A DNA stretch of 62,094 nt, filler included, from Fonticula-like sp. SCN 57-25 (Eukaryota): assembly GCA_001724245.1 (NCBI GenBank). It is 9 parts of 9 records of this genome, joined end to end, with 100 filler letters (N's around TTAATTAATTAA, not from the genome) between each part and the next. Parts side by side here need not be neighbours in the genome. Positions count along the whole stretch, not along the records: positions 55,765 to 62,094 come from MEDX01000459.1; 8 more parts are not named here. One strand, 5' to 3'. Numbering within the stretch: position 1 is the stretch's first letter; every line of letters begins with the position of its first letter. The notes under the pieces were generated by a model, which did not search any database, was not told the DNA's origin, and was given only the letters and a program-made list of their open reading frames with translations. This document shows positions 60,636-62,094 of the stretch, one piece after another. A program made the translations under genes and the position numbers.

Positions 60636-61115
60636 ATCAATAAATGTTAATCGCCCAAACCCCTTGGGCGTTAAAAAGGGGTAACCCAAAGGTACGTAAC
60701 AACAACAAAGGTAAGTTCTGAAAGTGCGTGTTTATTGTGTTGTTGGGGCTTGTTTTACATGTGGTGGGTGGTCAACTGAGTCGAGTTAAAAATAAAATTC
60801 AAAGAAACTGGGGGAAACCCACGCAATTTTTTTTTATTGACGGAGGCAACCAGTACCACCCTAACTGAAAGGCTAACACTTTGTGAAATCTGGTTGATCT
60901 GACTCTGCTACAGGGGCACAAAATACAATGAGCGCGAATTTTTTGTACCATTTTCCCAAGTTGAGTGAGCTTGAGTGAACAATTTATTTTCTTGAAAGTG
61001 CCCAAGTACTTTTGTCCTTGACTGTTAACACTTTGTTTTTTTCAACTACGGTGAGTATAATTGGCCAACCAAGAAATAGGGTGTGAATTATTTTTCTTCT
61101 TCCCAGCATTACAGG

Positions 61116-62094
61116 ATGAGCGAGCAACACTACGATGCAAACCCTTTCCTCAAGTCAAATTTGGAGTTCAACCCGTCTCTTCACCTTTACGCCAGAAACA
61201 GCTCCCGAAGCACCAAGATTTGCATTGCGTGCGTTGCGTGTCTCGTTGTGCTAGCGCTTGCCTTCAATTCCGTCTTCTTTGCCCTATTTTTTGTGATTGG
61301 AAGCAGGGGCTACGAGGGCGTGTTTGGCACAAACGCCAATTGCCTTCGCTTCCGCACCAGCAACACCCCCTCTAGCTACCGGATCTCATCGGGCTGCAGT
61401 TTCGCCCAGAACTCCACGGCTGCACGCTTCGCAGTGCCAGAGGACAGCTGGCGCCTTGTCGCGTTTCCGAGTCGCGATGCGCAGTGGATGGCGAGAGGAG
61501 GGGGCAACATTTCGGCCTTTTTGATCACACAGCCGGCAGTGCGGGTGCAGAGTGCTCCATTTGTCATTGTGACTCATGGTCTCAATGGCTGCAAATACTC
61601 TGCGGTGGAACTGACGGTTGCTGGGGTTCTGTGGCACAGTGGCTTCAATGTACTCTCTGTTGATCTTCGCAATCATGGAAGCTCACAAAGAGATGAACAC
61701 AATTCCTATGCTTCGTTTGGCAGGTTTGTATTTTTCACAAGTATTGTTCATGTAATACGTAACTATTGTTCATGTGAAATATTTTTTTTGTCATACACAT
61801 TTTTTGTTCACGTTGCACACACATGTAATACACAACTATTGCTAATGTGAAACTCTGATATCATGTAATATTTATAACTCTTGTGTAATGTTCCACACAA
61901 ATACTGTTGTCTCTCTCATAGCCATGAACATAAGGATATTCTTGGTGGATTAGATTTTCTCAGTAAGGAATTCCCTCATGTTGCAGCACAAGAGGCCAAA
62001 GTTGGTCTCTATGGATGTTCCATGGGAGGTGCCACAATGTTAATTTCTCTCTCCATGGATCCCAAGTTCAAGGCTGCATTCATTGATTCCATGG
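61116..62094 (+). CDS. Membrane-anchored alpha/beta hydrolase, 3' truncated
   Basis: N-terminal TM, VIVTHGLNG, FNVLSVDLRNHGSS, nucleophile elbow VGLYGCSMGG after an intron. Confidence 0.88.

Overview
This is not one locus. It is nine eukaryotic contigs of about 6.4-8.7 kb joined by artificial 100-nt linkers (44 N + TTAATTAATTAA + 44 N), so adjacency across a linker means nothing. Contigs 2-8 (6528-55664) share GC-rich exons and mostly short GT(A/G)CG...AG introns. They carry a mix of fungal-type genes (Ran1/Pat1-like kinase, Yak1, Fmp25-like RCC1 protein, ZZ/EF-hand protein) and genes generally absent from yeasts and moulds (Piezo, two-pore channel, syntrophin-like protein, COMMD9, RMDN1, plus E2F-type sites). 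That mix suggests an early-diverging opisthokont-like protist (inference). Contigs 1 and 9 are more AT-rich and may come from another organism, and contig 9 begins with a bacterial SPOR-domain/dsbA-like fragment. The most unusual structures are: (i) a cassette-like array at 27.9-33.5 kb, where a conserved ~330-bp E2F-site-bearing spacer and remnants of a SAM-domain gene end flank unrelated genes; (ii) two tandem intronless, patchily diverged paralogs with ADP-ribosyltransferase-like motifs (41.8-44.8 kb), one sitting behind a copy of the neighbouring isochorismatase promoter; and (iii) a stand-alone HTH-like + EEP nuclease gene. All family calls come from motif recognition, not database searches.
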